From positions 1 to 64,000 of the IMG/VR virus record IMGVR_UViG_3300020474_000006: DNA of 64,000 nucleotides. One strand, 5' to 3'. The DNA comes from an uncultured virus (IMG/VR IMGVR_UViG_3300020474_000006). Its lineage: Duplodnaviria > Heunggongvirae > Uroviricota > Caudoviricetes > Kyanoviridae. The notes below the pieces were generated by a model, which searched no databases, had not been told where the DNA came from, and saw only the letters and a list, made by a program, of their open reading frames with translations. How positions within the stretch are numbered: the stretch's first letter is position 1; the number at the start of each line of letters is the position of its first letter. Made by a program: the position numbers and the translations under genes. Below are positions 16,359-25,648 of the stretch, piece after piece.

Positions 16359-18490
16359 GCTACTAAGGAAATGAATTCTCCAAGAACTTTTTTATTTAGT
16401 TTCTTAGTCTTCAAAGATTTGATAAAAGCAGATTTAATCTTTGCTTTGGTAGCACCATCATCAACTTCAAAGTCAGCGTCTTGAGATAGTGAAGAAGCAG
16501 ACATCGCAAAGTATGCATGATAACCAGAAGTCTTAATGTTGCAACTCCGCTGCTTTTTCCATTCACTCTGAATCTTACGGAAGTCATCAGAATTTTGATC
16601 GTAATACAGTTTCATGAAATGATTTGCATCGCGACCCTCAAGAACACGAATACCTACAAAGTTGACAGAAGGGAAATTGTCACGCAGGTTTTCAATCATC
16701 AAATCAGTGAAACCATGCCAACCATACGGAACTCGATAAGTATTACCAGTCTTCCTATCCCTAAGGAAGGTAACACCACCAGATAACTGACGAGTTCCCA
16801 TATAAGGTTCTTTCTCCCATCGACGTTGAACTTCAACATGTCTAGAAAGATGATTTGCTTCACCATCAGTCAGGACAATACACTGAACCTTCTGTAGTTT
16901 GTTCTGCTTCTGGAACTGAGGAAGAATCTGGTGAAGACATACAAATGCTTCGTTCAGAGGAGTGCCAGACAGACCTAAACGAGAAGGAATAGAATAAGGA
17001 GAACCATAGTAATTGCTGAAGGATTTTGCAATACGCCAGATGTTAATCAACTGATGCTCTAGTTGCTTACCATTTGTCTTGCTAGTCAGAAGATTCATCA
17101 TAGAGAACTGTTCATGAACGGCAAGAAGATTTTCTTTCTTTTCATAAGAGGAAGTCCAATCTGCTGGTTTCACAATCTCGTTTGTTTCATGATTAATCTC
17201 AGGTCTCTTCCACTCATTTGTGAAAGCATAGACCTCAAAAGGAATAGAGACTTTCTTACAGAACCAGATCAAATTGTAGAGTTGCTTAATCGTATCAAGC
17301 ATCACACGACTCATAGAACCACTCCAATCAAGGACAAAGATTAGTCCGTGATTCTTACCATCAGGAATCACAGAGACTTTTTTAAATAGATCTTCGTTGT
17401 ACTTGTAGGTGTGCAGTTTAGAGGTATCAAGAACACCAGTGCGAGCAGTGGTAGCACGGGCATAGGAATCTGCTGCCTTGCGACACTCAAACTCTTTCAC
17501 CAGATAGTTGACTTCTTTCTGTGCATTACGTTTGAACTTGACAAACTTTTCATCAGATTGCTCAAAAATACTTAGCGAACAGTTATTTTTCTGATGATTA
17601 AACCAAGCATCAATCTCTTTGTGAATATCATCATTCTTAGCAATAATATACTTAAGATCAACCTGAGGGATTTCCACATACACGTTCTCACGACTATCAG
17701 TGTCTACAAGATCCTGCAGATTTGATTCTAGAGAATCAGCAGTCTGCACCTCTGGTTCATCGTTCAGAGGAGTATCAGCAGACTCACGTCGGGCTGCTTC
17801 CTCAATCATCTCCTCATGAGTCATGGTCTCACCAGCACCCTCTCCAGGAGAGTCCTGCTGTTCCTGCTGCTCACTAGCAGGTTGCTCAGATTCACCACCC
17901 ATCTCATTAGGTGACATCTCCATATCATCAACCTTTTCCTCTTTCTCTTTCTTGCAGAACAAGTAGAGCTCCTCTGCAACCTCCAATACTTCATCGAAAG
18001 TTTCTACTTCTGCAATCTTCTGGATCAGTTCTTTCTCTTCCGAGTCGAAAGTAATGCCTACAAAATTACCGACCTTAAAGTATAAATTTGCACGATCAGC
18101 AAGATTAAGATCAGCAACATTGCTGTCAGATATAGAGAAAAAGTCCTCTTCTTGTAATTCCTTGTAACCATGGTAGAAAGTTTTTGCTAGTCCAGCATAT
18201 TTGCGCTTCATCATCTTTTCAATTCTGGCATCCTCCACCACATTCACAAACTGAGGAGGAACTGCTACCTTCTCCAACCAGTTCTCATCGGGGGTGAAGA
18301 GTGCGTGACCAACTTCATGTCCAACCAGAAGGTCATATACGGTGTTGCTTGCCCTTTCCCACATGGGAAGGGTCAAGACGCGAGTGTGAACATTGAAGCA
18401 AGCAGTCTGTGTTTGTTTGTGCTCCACTACCAAGTCCTCAGTGGCAAGGAGTTTGGCGAGTTGAGATTTAATTTCTTGCTTGACTGCCAT
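16355..18490 (-). CDS. HExxH metallopeptidase-like / VWA domain protein (CobT-like partner of CobS)
   Basis: LVGHEVGHA, NVVEDARIE, acidic linker, MIDAS DWSGS, SGTPL, VLTDGE. Confidence 0.88.
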   Translation of the reverse strand: MAVKQEIKSQLAKLLATEDLVVEHKQTQTACFNVHTRVLTLPMWERASNTVYDLLVGHEVGHALFTPDENWLEKVAVPPQFVNVVEDARIEKMMKRKYAGLAKTFYHGYKELQEEDFFSISDSNVADLNLADRANLYFKVGNFVGITFDSEEKELIQKIAEVETFDEVLEVAEELYLFCKKEKEEKVDDMEMSPNEMGGESEQPASEQQEQQDSPGEGAGETMTHEEMIEEAARRESADTPLNDEPEVQTADSLESNLQDLVDTDSRENVYVEIPQVDLKYIIAKNDDIHKEIDAWFNHQKNNCSLSIFEQSDEKFVKFKRNAQKEVNYLVKEFECRKAADSYARATTARTGVLDTSKLHTYKYNEDLFKKVSVIPDGKNHGLIFVLDWSGSMSRVMLDTIKQLYNLIWFCKKVSIPFEVYAFTNEWKRPEINHETNEIVKPADWTSSYEKKENLLAVHEQFSMMNLLTSKTNGKQLEHQLINIWRIAKSFSNYYGSPYSIPSRLGLSGTPLNEAFVCLHQILPQFQKQNKLQKVQCIVLTDGEANHLSRHVEVQRRWEKEPYMGTRQLSGGVTFLRDRKTGNTYRVPYGWHGFTDLMIENLRDNFPSVNFVGIRVLEGRDANHFMKLYYDQNSDDFRKIQSEWKKQRSCNIKTSGYHAYFAMSASSLSQDADFEVDDGATKAKIKSAFIKSLKTKKLNKKVLGEFISLVA

Positions 18491-18511
18491 AGGTTTGTCT
18501 CGTATGTACCT

Positions 18512-18568
18512 ATAATACCAAACCCCCACCTTACGGCGGGGGTATTAGGTGACAGTTCTCCAATTGGT
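18512..18568 (-). promoter_or_regulatory. promoter region: upstream box, GNRA hairpin and extended -10
   Basis: ACCAATTGGAGAACTGTCAC, hairpin ACCCCCGCC-GTAA-GGTGGGGGT, then TGG-TATTAT. Confidence 0.6.
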
Positions 18569-18577
18569 TGTTCTCGA

Positions 18578-18763
18578 TCAGGTCGTTAAAATTGGTCTGC
18601 AAATTCGTTTACATGTCGCCTGGTTATCACTACAGTCGATTAAACATTCGTAATAATCGTTGATTTGATCGCTCTCCTCCATTGTAGTGTCTAAAGTTTT
18701 ACTAAGTCTTTTAAGACTCCTAGTCCAGTCTGCTAATTGATTAAATGATACTAGATTGTGCAT
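18578..18763 (-). CDS. small Cys-containing protein (CX3C-X6-CX3C)
   Basis: Strong SD GAGGAGG; C-terminal YYECLIDCSDNQATCKRIC. Confidence 0.8.
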   Translation of the reverse strand: MHNLVSFNQLADWTRSLKRLSKTLDTTMEESDQINDYYECLIDCSDNQATCKRICRPILTT

Positions 18764-18880
18764 GATGTCCTCCTCATGAAAAAATAATAAAGGGAGTTTA
18801 CTACATCCATTTCTCCAATTCTGTTATTATTTAGTGTGCGTATGCTAACTTAATGAAGTTCTTGTTATACTTAATATAAT

Positions 18881-19504
18881 CTATACATCTTTATACAAAA
18901 CTTCAAAGTCTTTTCTATAGCAAGAACGAATGTTCACCTCTAATGCTGGACTACCCTTCAATTTATTTCCTTCATCTCCAGACTTAGGATAATCAATATC
19001 ATCCCGAAACTTCAGATCAACTCCGATAATCTCACTCAACCAAGACACGAACTCATTACCAATATTATCTTCAAACTTCCAGACGTGAGTTTTGTTAGTC
19101 AGAAAATCAATCTGTGGTCTGTACCAATTCCATGCTCCCTCAAAGGGAAGATTCTGAATCATTGATGCAAACATCATGGGGTCTTCCATGACTGATTGAA
19201 TATCATTTCCATATGTTCTCTTTAGATAAACCGAACCAGAAATAAATCTGGTGATAGGACTTCTAACAATAGAGAAATGTGGAATATTTTCTACATCCAA
19301 ATAATTATGATAGTGATCACGATGATAGTGTGCAATCTCCACACCATTGACTACAGACATAACTCCAAGACCAGTATCCATATGACTTTCTCCCCACTCA
19401 AATCCATTAGCAAGGAGGTTTGCTTCTACAAATCTTCCTGCTGTTCTAGGTATGTGAGCAAAGAATACTTTCTTACTCGTATCCTTATGGACAAAAGTAG
19501 GCAT
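18881..19504 (-). CDS. sulfotransferase family 2-like protein
   Basis: FAHIPRTAGR (5'-PSB-like), FSIVRSPITRFIS (3'-PB-like), YRPQ, YRKDFE. Confidence 0.8.
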   Translation of the reverse strand: MPTFVHKDTSKKVFFAHIPRTAGRFVEANLLANGFEWGESHMDTGLGVMSVVNGVEIAHYHRDHYHNYLDVENIPHFSIVRSPITRFISGSVYLKRTYGNDIQSVMEDPMMFASMIQNLPFEGAWNWYRPQIDFLTNKTHVWKFEDNIGNEFVSWLSEIIGVDLKFRDDIDYPKSGDEGNKLKGSPALEVNIRSCYRKDFEVLYKDV

Positions 19505-21216
19505 TAAAGAACCATCCTACTAAATCCCTTTACCTTTTCAAATTTTATTACCTGATCAAACTTATCATGCAGAGACTCTTTATGTGAGATAACAAATATA
19601 TTTGCGTCTTTAACAATAAATCTAATAATTTTTAAAAAGTCTTCTGTACCAAGACCATCCAAAGAACTGTCAAATACCTCATCCATGATGAGTAGATTTG
19701 TGTTGACAGAGTTCTTCATTCTTGCTACCTCTCTCCAGGTAAACAATAATGCCAAATCAATTCTCATCTTCTCTCCCTCGCTGAAAGAAGCATAAGAAAA
19801 GTTTTCGTGAATTGGTGACTGGACGGTTTCGTTAAACTCCTCATCAAGAGAGAAGTTAATATAAAAGTCCATAAGTTGTAGATACTTATTGACTTGCTGA
19901 TTTATCAGAGGAAGATACTTCTTAATAATTTTAGTCTTGACTCCACCGTCTTTCAGCAAACTATACGAAAAATCGTAATAGTTAATCGTATCTTTTCGTT
20001 GAGCGAGTTCTTCGTATGTAGTTTGTAAATTATCCTTGAAGGTTGCTAACTTTTCATTCTCAGTATTTCTGTTTGCAATGTTATCGGCAATTCTTTGAAT
20101 TTCCGATTCCAGATCCCTGACTTGCCGTTGACATCCAGCGATCTTAGTATTGTTTTGAGAAATGCCATGTGTGAGTGTAGTAATCTCCTTAGATAGAATT
20201 GTGAATTGACGCTCTCGCTCTTCTTCTTCTTTAATTGCCTGCTCTAGTTCTTTATAACCAGATTGCAACTCTTTCGCTTTATTTTGAGCGTCGTTAATCC
20301 TATTTATTCTGAAGGTCTCTTCAATGTCTTGATTACAGGTGGGGCAGACCGTATTCTCTGTAAAAAATTTATGTTCCTTAGTAATAGTTGATACTTTGTT
20401 AGAAATCTTACCTTTAAGATTTCCTAGTTTACGGAGTTTACTGGTTGCTCCAGTTACTTCTTCAATCTCTTTATTCAACTTAAATACATCTTCTTCTATG
20501 ACAGCATTACCATTCATCAAGTTATTCTCTTCGACAAGAAGTTCTTGAATCTTACTTTCTTTATTCTTTACATTCTCTTTTCCACGACTCTCAAGTTCTT
20601 CGATAAAGTTCTCCTGCATATTTACTTTATCGGAAAGAGAATCTTTCTTCAATTCAAAGACTTTAACTTCTTCTTTGACACTACGAATCTTATCTTTGAT
20701 TAGATTATTCATTGATGAGAATATTCTAATATCAAGAAGGTCCTCAATAACTTCTCTACGATTAGCAGCAGTCAATTGCATGAAAGGCACGAAGGTGCTG
20801 CTACCCAAAATTACAATCTGAGTAAAAGATTTATAGTTCATCTTCAAAACATTCTGCTCCAACCATTTCTGTTGGTCTAATGCTGCTGCAGATTGATTAA
20901 GAAGATTACCATCGCGATAGATTTCAAACAAGTTTGGTTTGATTCCTCGCACAACTTTCCATTCCACACTACCAATAGAAAATTCGACTTCTACATTGCA
21001 GTCCTTTTCATTGACAGAGTTAACAAGTTGAGGTTTATTGATTTTACGAAAAGGTTTTCCAAATAAAGAAAAGCAAAGAGCATCCAATACTGTACTCTTA
21101 CCTGCACCATTAGTGCCGATAACAATATTAGTGGTGTTCTCTGTGAAACAAATTTCAGTATATTGGTTTCCAGTTGATAAAAAGTTCTTCCAACGAACCT
21201 TTTCAAATAAAATCAT
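19504..21216 (-). CDS. gp46: recombination endonuclease ATPase subunit (Rad50/SbcC-like)
   Basis: GTNGAGKST, CPTC zinc hook, FSEGEKMRID, LIMDEVFD. Confidence 0.97.
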   Translation of the reverse strand: MILFEKVRWKNFLSTGNQYTEICFTENTTNIVIGTNGAGKSTVLDALCFSLFGKPFRKINKPQLVNSVNEKDCNVEVEFSIGSVEWKVVRGIKPNLFEIYRDGNLLNQSAAALDQQKWLEQNVLKMNYKSFTQIVILGSSTFVPFMQLTAANRREVIEDLLDIRIFSSMNNLIKDKIRSVKEEVKVFELKKDSLSDKVNMQENFIEELESRGKENVKNKESKIQELLVEENNLMNGNAVIEEDVFKLNKEIEEVTGATSKLRKLGNLKGKISNKVSTITKEHKFFTENTVCPTCNQDIEETFRINRINDAQNKAKELQSGYKELEQAIKEEEERERQFTILSKEITTLTHGISQNNTKIAGCQRQVRDLESEIQRIADNIANRNTENEKLATFKDNLQTTYEELAQRKDTINYYDFSYSLLKDGGVKTKIIKKYLPLINQQVNKYLQLMDFYINFSLDEEFNETVQSPIHENFSYASFSEGEKMRIDLALLFTWREVARMKNSVNTNLLIMDEVFDSSLDGLGTEDFLKIIRFIVKDANIFVISHKESLHDKFDQVIKFEKVKGFSRMVL

Positions 21217-21475
21217 GTGTCTCTTTAGGAGGAATTACAAGGTCGTTTTTGCTAATGATAGCATACTTATAGTCATGCATTTCGCATGTTTTTATCATTA
21301 TCTTATCTTCAATTTCTATGACATGCATATCAGGACTACCTTCGTCCTCTAGCATCATAGCATATCTCATGGCATCGTCTTCGCCTTCAAACAGATAAAG
21401 AATCTGTTCTCCTTCATCATCTACTACCGAATATGCTCCATCAGTTTCTTTTCCATAGATCGTTAATATATACAT
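21203..21475 (-). CDS. conserved hypothetical protein
   Basis: 90-aa acidic ORF between gp47 and gp46. Confidence 0.8.
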   Translation of the reverse strand: MYILTIYGKETDGAYSVVDDEGEQILYLFEGEDDAMRYAMMLEDEGSPDMHVIEIEDKIMIKTCEMHDYKYAIISKNDLVIPPKETHDFI

Positions 21476-21476
21476 C

Positions 21477-22520
21477 TCAAATCAGTTCACATGCCTCTTG
21501 ATAGGTCTCCTTCATTATATTCTGGATGACCGTTTTATCAAGATCGATTTCTGCTTCTTGAATATATCTATCCAAGATAGACAGAGTATCCTCAGATTCA
21601 AAGACTTCAAACTCTTCAGACTCTTGTAAGACGAAACTCTCTACTACTTTTAAATCTGCAACTCCACTGGAGTACAATTTATCAATAAACTTTTCAAAGT
21701 TTTTTGTATCCGTTTTTTTACGAACAATCACCTTTACAATTTTATTATCATACTCACTAGCATCAAAGAGTTGATGTGGAGTATCTTCATAATAGATATT
21801 ATAAAAAAGTCTGTAAGGATTATCTACGTGAAAATGTTCCAGAGTTTCTGTATCAAAGATGGTGAATCCTCTCCTATCACCGCAATCGTTCCAGAACATT
21901 TCGTATGGATTTCCCAGGTAATAGATCCGTCCATCATCCGATCGAGTGTGGTAGTGACCGCTGAAGACCTTGGTGAACTCTGAATATAACTCGCTTGCAT
22001 GACCATGATCCATGACGCACCCTCTATGAGCTCTAAATCCGTTGAGCTCAAGGTGCCCCATCGCGCACTTGCAAGTTGAACCTTTAATAAGTTTAAAAGT
22101 GCTTTCTTCATTTTCCTTATTAATCCACGGAATAAACAATACTTTTAATTTATCCAGTTTAACTTCAACAGTTTCGGAGTAAACAATTACATTGCTATAT
22201 TCACGAAGAAGAAGATCAACTGCATTTACTTCATTAGTATTTTTGTAATATGCTGTATGATTTCCAACAATAGTATGAACTTGGATTCCCATGTCCATAA
22301 GACGATCATAATAATTATCCTTTGCCCAAGCAAGAGAAGAAAAATCAATACCTTTACGACTATCGAAGGTATCTCCCATATCTACAACTGTAGTAATTCC
22401 ATGCTCTTCCAAATAAGGAAAGAACACATCATTGTAGAACTTCAGAAAATAGTCATGAAATAACTTAGAGTTCTTACGAGCACCAAAGTGTTGATCGGTA
22501 ATGATTGCAACTTTCATCAA
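21477..22520 (-). CDS. gp47: recombination endonuclease nuclease subunit (Mre11/SbcD-like)
   Basis: TDQHFG, GDTFD, VGNH, GHYH phosphoesterase motifs. Confidence 0.97.
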   Translation of the reverse strand: MMKVAIITDQHFGARKNSKLFHDYFLKFYNDVFFPYLEEHGITTVVDMGDTFDSRKGIDFSSLAWAKDNYYDRLMDMGIQVHTIVGNHTAYYKNTNEVNAVDLLLREYSNVIVYSETVEVKLDKLKVLFIPWINKENEESTFKLIKGSTCKCAMGHLELNGFRAHRGCVMDHGHASELYSEFTKVFSGHYHTRSDDGRIYYLGNPYEMFWNDCGDRRGFTIFDTETLEHFHVDNPYRLFYNIYYEDTPHQLFDASEYDNKIVKVIVRKKTDTKNFEKFIDKLYSSGVADLKVVESFVLQESEEFEVFESEDTLSILDRYIQEAEIDLDKTVIQNIMKETYQEACELI

Positions 22521-23008
22521 TTACGGAGCTTGGAATGCACAGCGTCTTTGATACTATTATAGTCGCTGTAATTCGATCCGTCAAGAGTGTTGTTGTCGTC
22601 AAACACCTCACTGTAACCAGACCGTTCAATTATCTTGTTCTTGATTTCTAACTGTCTTTTCTCTCGCTGAATACGACGCAGAAAAGCATAATGAATAATC
22701 TGAGTGAAATACGCAAAGGGATTCTGGGATTTCTCTGGATTAAAATTATGTATATACTGAACGCAGTTCTCAATTCCGTCAGAGATCATGTCCTCTTTGA
22801 ACATGTAATTGACGAAGTTTGGTTTGAATGATAAATGATTTGCAATCTTTAGAAAACACTCCCCAATGTAGCGAGGGATAGGAGGTTTAGGAAGATCTCT
22901 AATCAGGGCAATTTCTTTATCTTCACGATACTTGATGAGTGCTGCCAAAAACTCTTTATTGTTAACGTAATGTTCTGACCGTTTTCTCTTTGCCATGGGT
23001 CTTATCAT
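22517..23008 (-). CDS. gp55: late-transcription sigma factor
   Basis: HYVNNKEF, YIGECFLKIA, MISDGIENC, NPFAYFTQI. Confidence 0.96.
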   Translation of the reverse strand: MIRPMAKRKRSEHYVNNKEFLAALIKYREDKEIALIRDLPKPPIPRYIGECFLKIANHLSFKPNFVNYMFKEDMISDGIENCVQYIHNFNPEKSQNPFAYFTQIIHYAFLRRIQREKRQLEIKNKIIERSGYSEVFDDNNTLDGSNYSDYNSIKDAVHSKLRN

Positions 23009-23032
23009 AAGTTTATATCATAATATCTATTA

Positions 23033-23061
23033 ATTATATCATTTCTGCAAACGCTTGACAA
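23033..23061 (-). promoter_or_regulatory. sigma70-type promoter for gp55
   Basis: TTGTCA-17 nt-TATAAT with TG extension. Confidence 0.85.
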
Positions 23062-23082
23062 GTACTAAAAATACGGTAGAAT
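23055..23082 (+). promoter_or_regulatory. antisense-oriented sigma70-type promoter
   Basis: TTGACA-16 nt-TAGAAT on the plus strand, sharing its -35 with the gp55 promoter. Confidence 0.6.
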
Positions 23083-23109
23083 ACCTTTGTGGAGGTTGAT
23101 AGGAATGGC

Positions 23110-23505
23110 TTAGCTATTGCTCTTGTATATCTTTTCTAATAGTTCTTTTACATCATTGACATTACCAATTCTACCCATTCTACGATTAATCTTAGATTCG
23201 TTAGGAGTAGTTTTGTCAGAAGACCTTATATAATCTTGATACATCATAATCATTTCTATATCAGATGATTCTGATAGGGTGAGGACATCGTTCATATTAA
23301 TTATGAACATATCTTCTGTGGTTGTTTTTAACCAAGGTTCTACCTTATATCCAACAACACCCATTTTACTTTTAATTTCATCAACAATGATTGGATTAGA
23401 AACGATGAGCATCGTTCTATCATCTTCTTCTGAGGCAGCAACTTTTGCAAAAAGTTCTTCCCCAGTCTTTAGTTTTAACGTTGCATAAAAATCGTCTTCT
23501 ATCAT
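23110..23505 (-). CDS. hypothetical protein, Sm-like fold candidate
   Basis: LKLKTGEELFAKV...NPI...EPWL; ATGA overlap with uvsW. Confidence 0.8.
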   Translation of the reverse strand: MIEDDFYATLKLKTGEELFAKVAASEEDDRTMLIVSNPIIVDEIKSKMGVVGYKVEPWLKTTTEDMFIINMNDVLTLSESSDIEMIMMYQDYIRSSDKTTPNESKINRRMGRIGNVNDVKELLEKIYKSNS

Positions 23506-24977
23506 ACTTTTAGTTGAATAGTGATTATTTCATAATTAAAATTTTCTTCATTATAAGTTTTAATTCTCTCTATGAAATGGTTGAGTGTGTAATTTCGTCT
23601 AGACTTGGTGGAACAATCATCAGAAATATCATATAAAGTTGCTTTTACTTTATCTTTTCCTTTTCTAAGAACTCGTCCAATACTCTGAAGATTGCGGATT
23701 CTGGACTTACTTGGAGAGGCAAAGATAACATTATGGAGTTTTTTAATATTGATACCTGTACTAAAAGTTCCATAAGAAGCAACAATGATGGCGTTGTTTT
23801 CTTTTTCAGTTATTTCTCGTACTTGTTCTCTTTCTACTGCATCTACTCCGCCATGTATAAAAAATACCTTACGGTCACCTCGCTTGTTATTATTTATCTC
23901 ATCGTAGAGAACCTGTCCATGTGCTTCGACTCTTGCAAAAAGAATGAGAGTATTTCCTTTAAGGTCAAGTGCTAGATTTTTAATGAAACGGTTTCTCTGA
24001 TCATGAGAGATAAGATATTCGATTTCATCATTGTAAGTTTCAAATGTTTGTGGTTTGTGCTTGAGAACAAGACATTGAATATCTAACTGAGATAGATGTC
24101 CCTGTCTCATCAACTCATCAGTTCTGGTTACTTTGTATGATGGTCCAAACAATCCCTCTAGTACCCACTTGTGCGTCTGTGTGCCGTCTAAAGTACCAGT
24201 AAATCCAAATCTATACTTTGCATGATGAAGTTTAGTCATGATATTAATCAATGATTTAGACTTGAATAAATGTGCTTCATCACCTATAATGACACCATAG
24301 TCTTCAAAGAAAGATCTCTCTAGTTTATATACAGATTGCCAAGTTGTAATTGTCACTGGAGATTCATTACTCTTTTCCTTACCAGAATAAATTTTGTGGC
24401 AATATGAATCAGCATCCCAACCATAATCAAGAAAATCCTTGTACATCTGCTCTACAAGAGATGTCGTGGGAACAACTAAAAGAATTTTTTCTCCTCGGTC
24501 AACGTAGTATCTTACGAGAGAATAAATCATCAAAGATTTGCCAGAAGCAGTGGGGCTTATCAATAGCTTTCTATTGTGCTTTAGAGCGCCGTATACTCCC
24601 TCAATTTGATATTTCCTGGGAGTGTGAGAACAAATAGAATACATATAATCCTTGACACCTTCTAAAGAGATATTATCATTCTCTTCAAATGGTGTACCAT
24701 AAAATTTATTATCTTCAAACTTATAACTGTATCCATAGTTCTCACAGAAAGATACAATCTTATCTAACAGACCAACATAGATCTGTTTAGATCGCATATC
24801 GTAAAGGTGAATCTCTCCGTTCCAATTCCTTCCACGATATTGTGGCATAAATTTTGCATTCGGAACCTCAAACTTAAAGTGGTCTCTAAGTTCGTATTCT
24901 ATATGAGGTTCTGTATTAATCTTTAAAAATACTTCGTTTGATTTAGATATAACAAGATTGGCAGTCGTATCAATCAC
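23502..24977 (-). CDS. uvsW: SF2 RNA-DNA/DNA helicase UvsW
   Basis: SPTASGKS, GDEAH, TGT, QSIGRVLR. Confidence 0.96.
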   Translation of the reverse strand: MIDTTANLVISKSNEVFLKINTEPHIEYELRDHFKFEVPNAKFMPQYRGRNWNGEIHLYDMRSKQIYVGLLDKIVSFCENYGYSYKFEDNKFYGTPFEENDNISLEGVKDYMYSICSHTPRKYQIEGVYGALKHNRKLLISPTASGKSLMIYSLVRYYVDRGEKILLVVPTTSLVEQMYKDFLDYGWDADSYCHKIYSGKEKSNESPVTITTWQSVYKLERSFFEDYGVIIGDEAHLFKSKSLINIMTKLHHAKYRFGFTGTLDGTQTHKWVLEGLFGPSYKVTRTDELMRQGHLSQLDIQCLVLKHKPQTFETYNDEIEYLISHDQRNRFIKNLALDLKGNTLILFARVEAHGQVLYDEINNNKRGDRKVFFIHGGVDAVEREQVREITEKENNAIIVASYGTFSTGINIKKLHNVIFASPSKSRIRNLQSIGRVLRKGKDKVKATLYDISDDCSTKSRRNYTLNHFIERIKTYNEENFNYEIITIQLKV

Positions 24978-25004
24978 GTAGACCCATTCATCTGCAAATA
25001 TTTA

Positions 25005-25214
25005 TTACATATTCTCAAACTTATATTCTAATATCATTCTATACAACGAATCTCTTAAGTACCAAAGATGTTGTTGTTCCATTGGATGTCTGGCAGGAGA
25101 TCCTTCCCAATTTTCAATCCTCTTCAAAACACAGTGATGTAAGAGGTGGATATCCTCTATTGTCAAACTAACTGTGTAATCAAATTCTTGACTTGGTTCG
25201 AACTCTTCGTTCAT
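25005..25214 (-). CDS. hypothetical protein
   Basis: 69 aa; TAATG overlap with uvsY. Confidence 0.7.
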   Translation of the reverse strand: MNEEFEPSQEFDYTVSLTIEDIHLLHHCVLKRIENWEGSPARHPMEQQHLWYLRDSLYRMILEYKFENM

Positions 25215-25648
25215 TATCCCAATCCTGCGTTGAATCTCATAAACTCAATAGCATTTTTAATTTGGTAAGTTCTATTAGTTATCTGCTTTAAAATACTTTC
25301 AATATAAACAAGCATCGTATCATAATAATCTATCTTTAAACATACTGTAGACAATTTTTCGTCGGCGTCGAGATACTTTTGCATAGTATCTTTATCGCGA
25401 ATCTTTTTTGGAAAAGGATTGTCTATGTATACATCAGGGTCCGCTTTACCACTGAAGTATTCATATCGCTCATGTCTGATATTTTTTCTTTGTTGCTCTG
25501 CTTTCTTTCTCATTAAAAAGATAGTGTTATACATTTCAAAATACTTCGCATGGAGAGAAGGGATTCCTAAAGATTCTTCATGTAGATTGTCTCTATCTAT
25601 TTTTGAATCTTTTTCCCAAATCTCTTGAAGTTTATCAAGATCGATCAT
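25214..25648 (-). CDS. uvsY: recombination mediator UvsY
   Basis: LHAKY, YLDADE, YQIKNAIEF; position between gp3 and uvsW. Confidence 0.92.
   Translation of the reverse strand: MIDLDKLQEIWEKDSKIDRDNLHEESLGIPSLHAKYFEMYNTIFLMRKKAEQQRKNIRHERYEYFSGKADPDVYIDNPFPKKIRDKDTMQKYLDADEKLSTVCLKIDYYDTMLVYIESILKQITNRTYQIKNAIEFMRFNAGLG

Noticed and set aside
18578..18763. CP12
   Set aside because: Lacks the CP12 C-terminal C-x8-C-x2-Y(D/E)D pattern; the Cys spacing differs.
18845..18878. Pho box or NtcA site
   Set aside because: The CTTAAT repeats are 21 nt apart rather than in 11-nt tandem; no GTA-N8-TAC.
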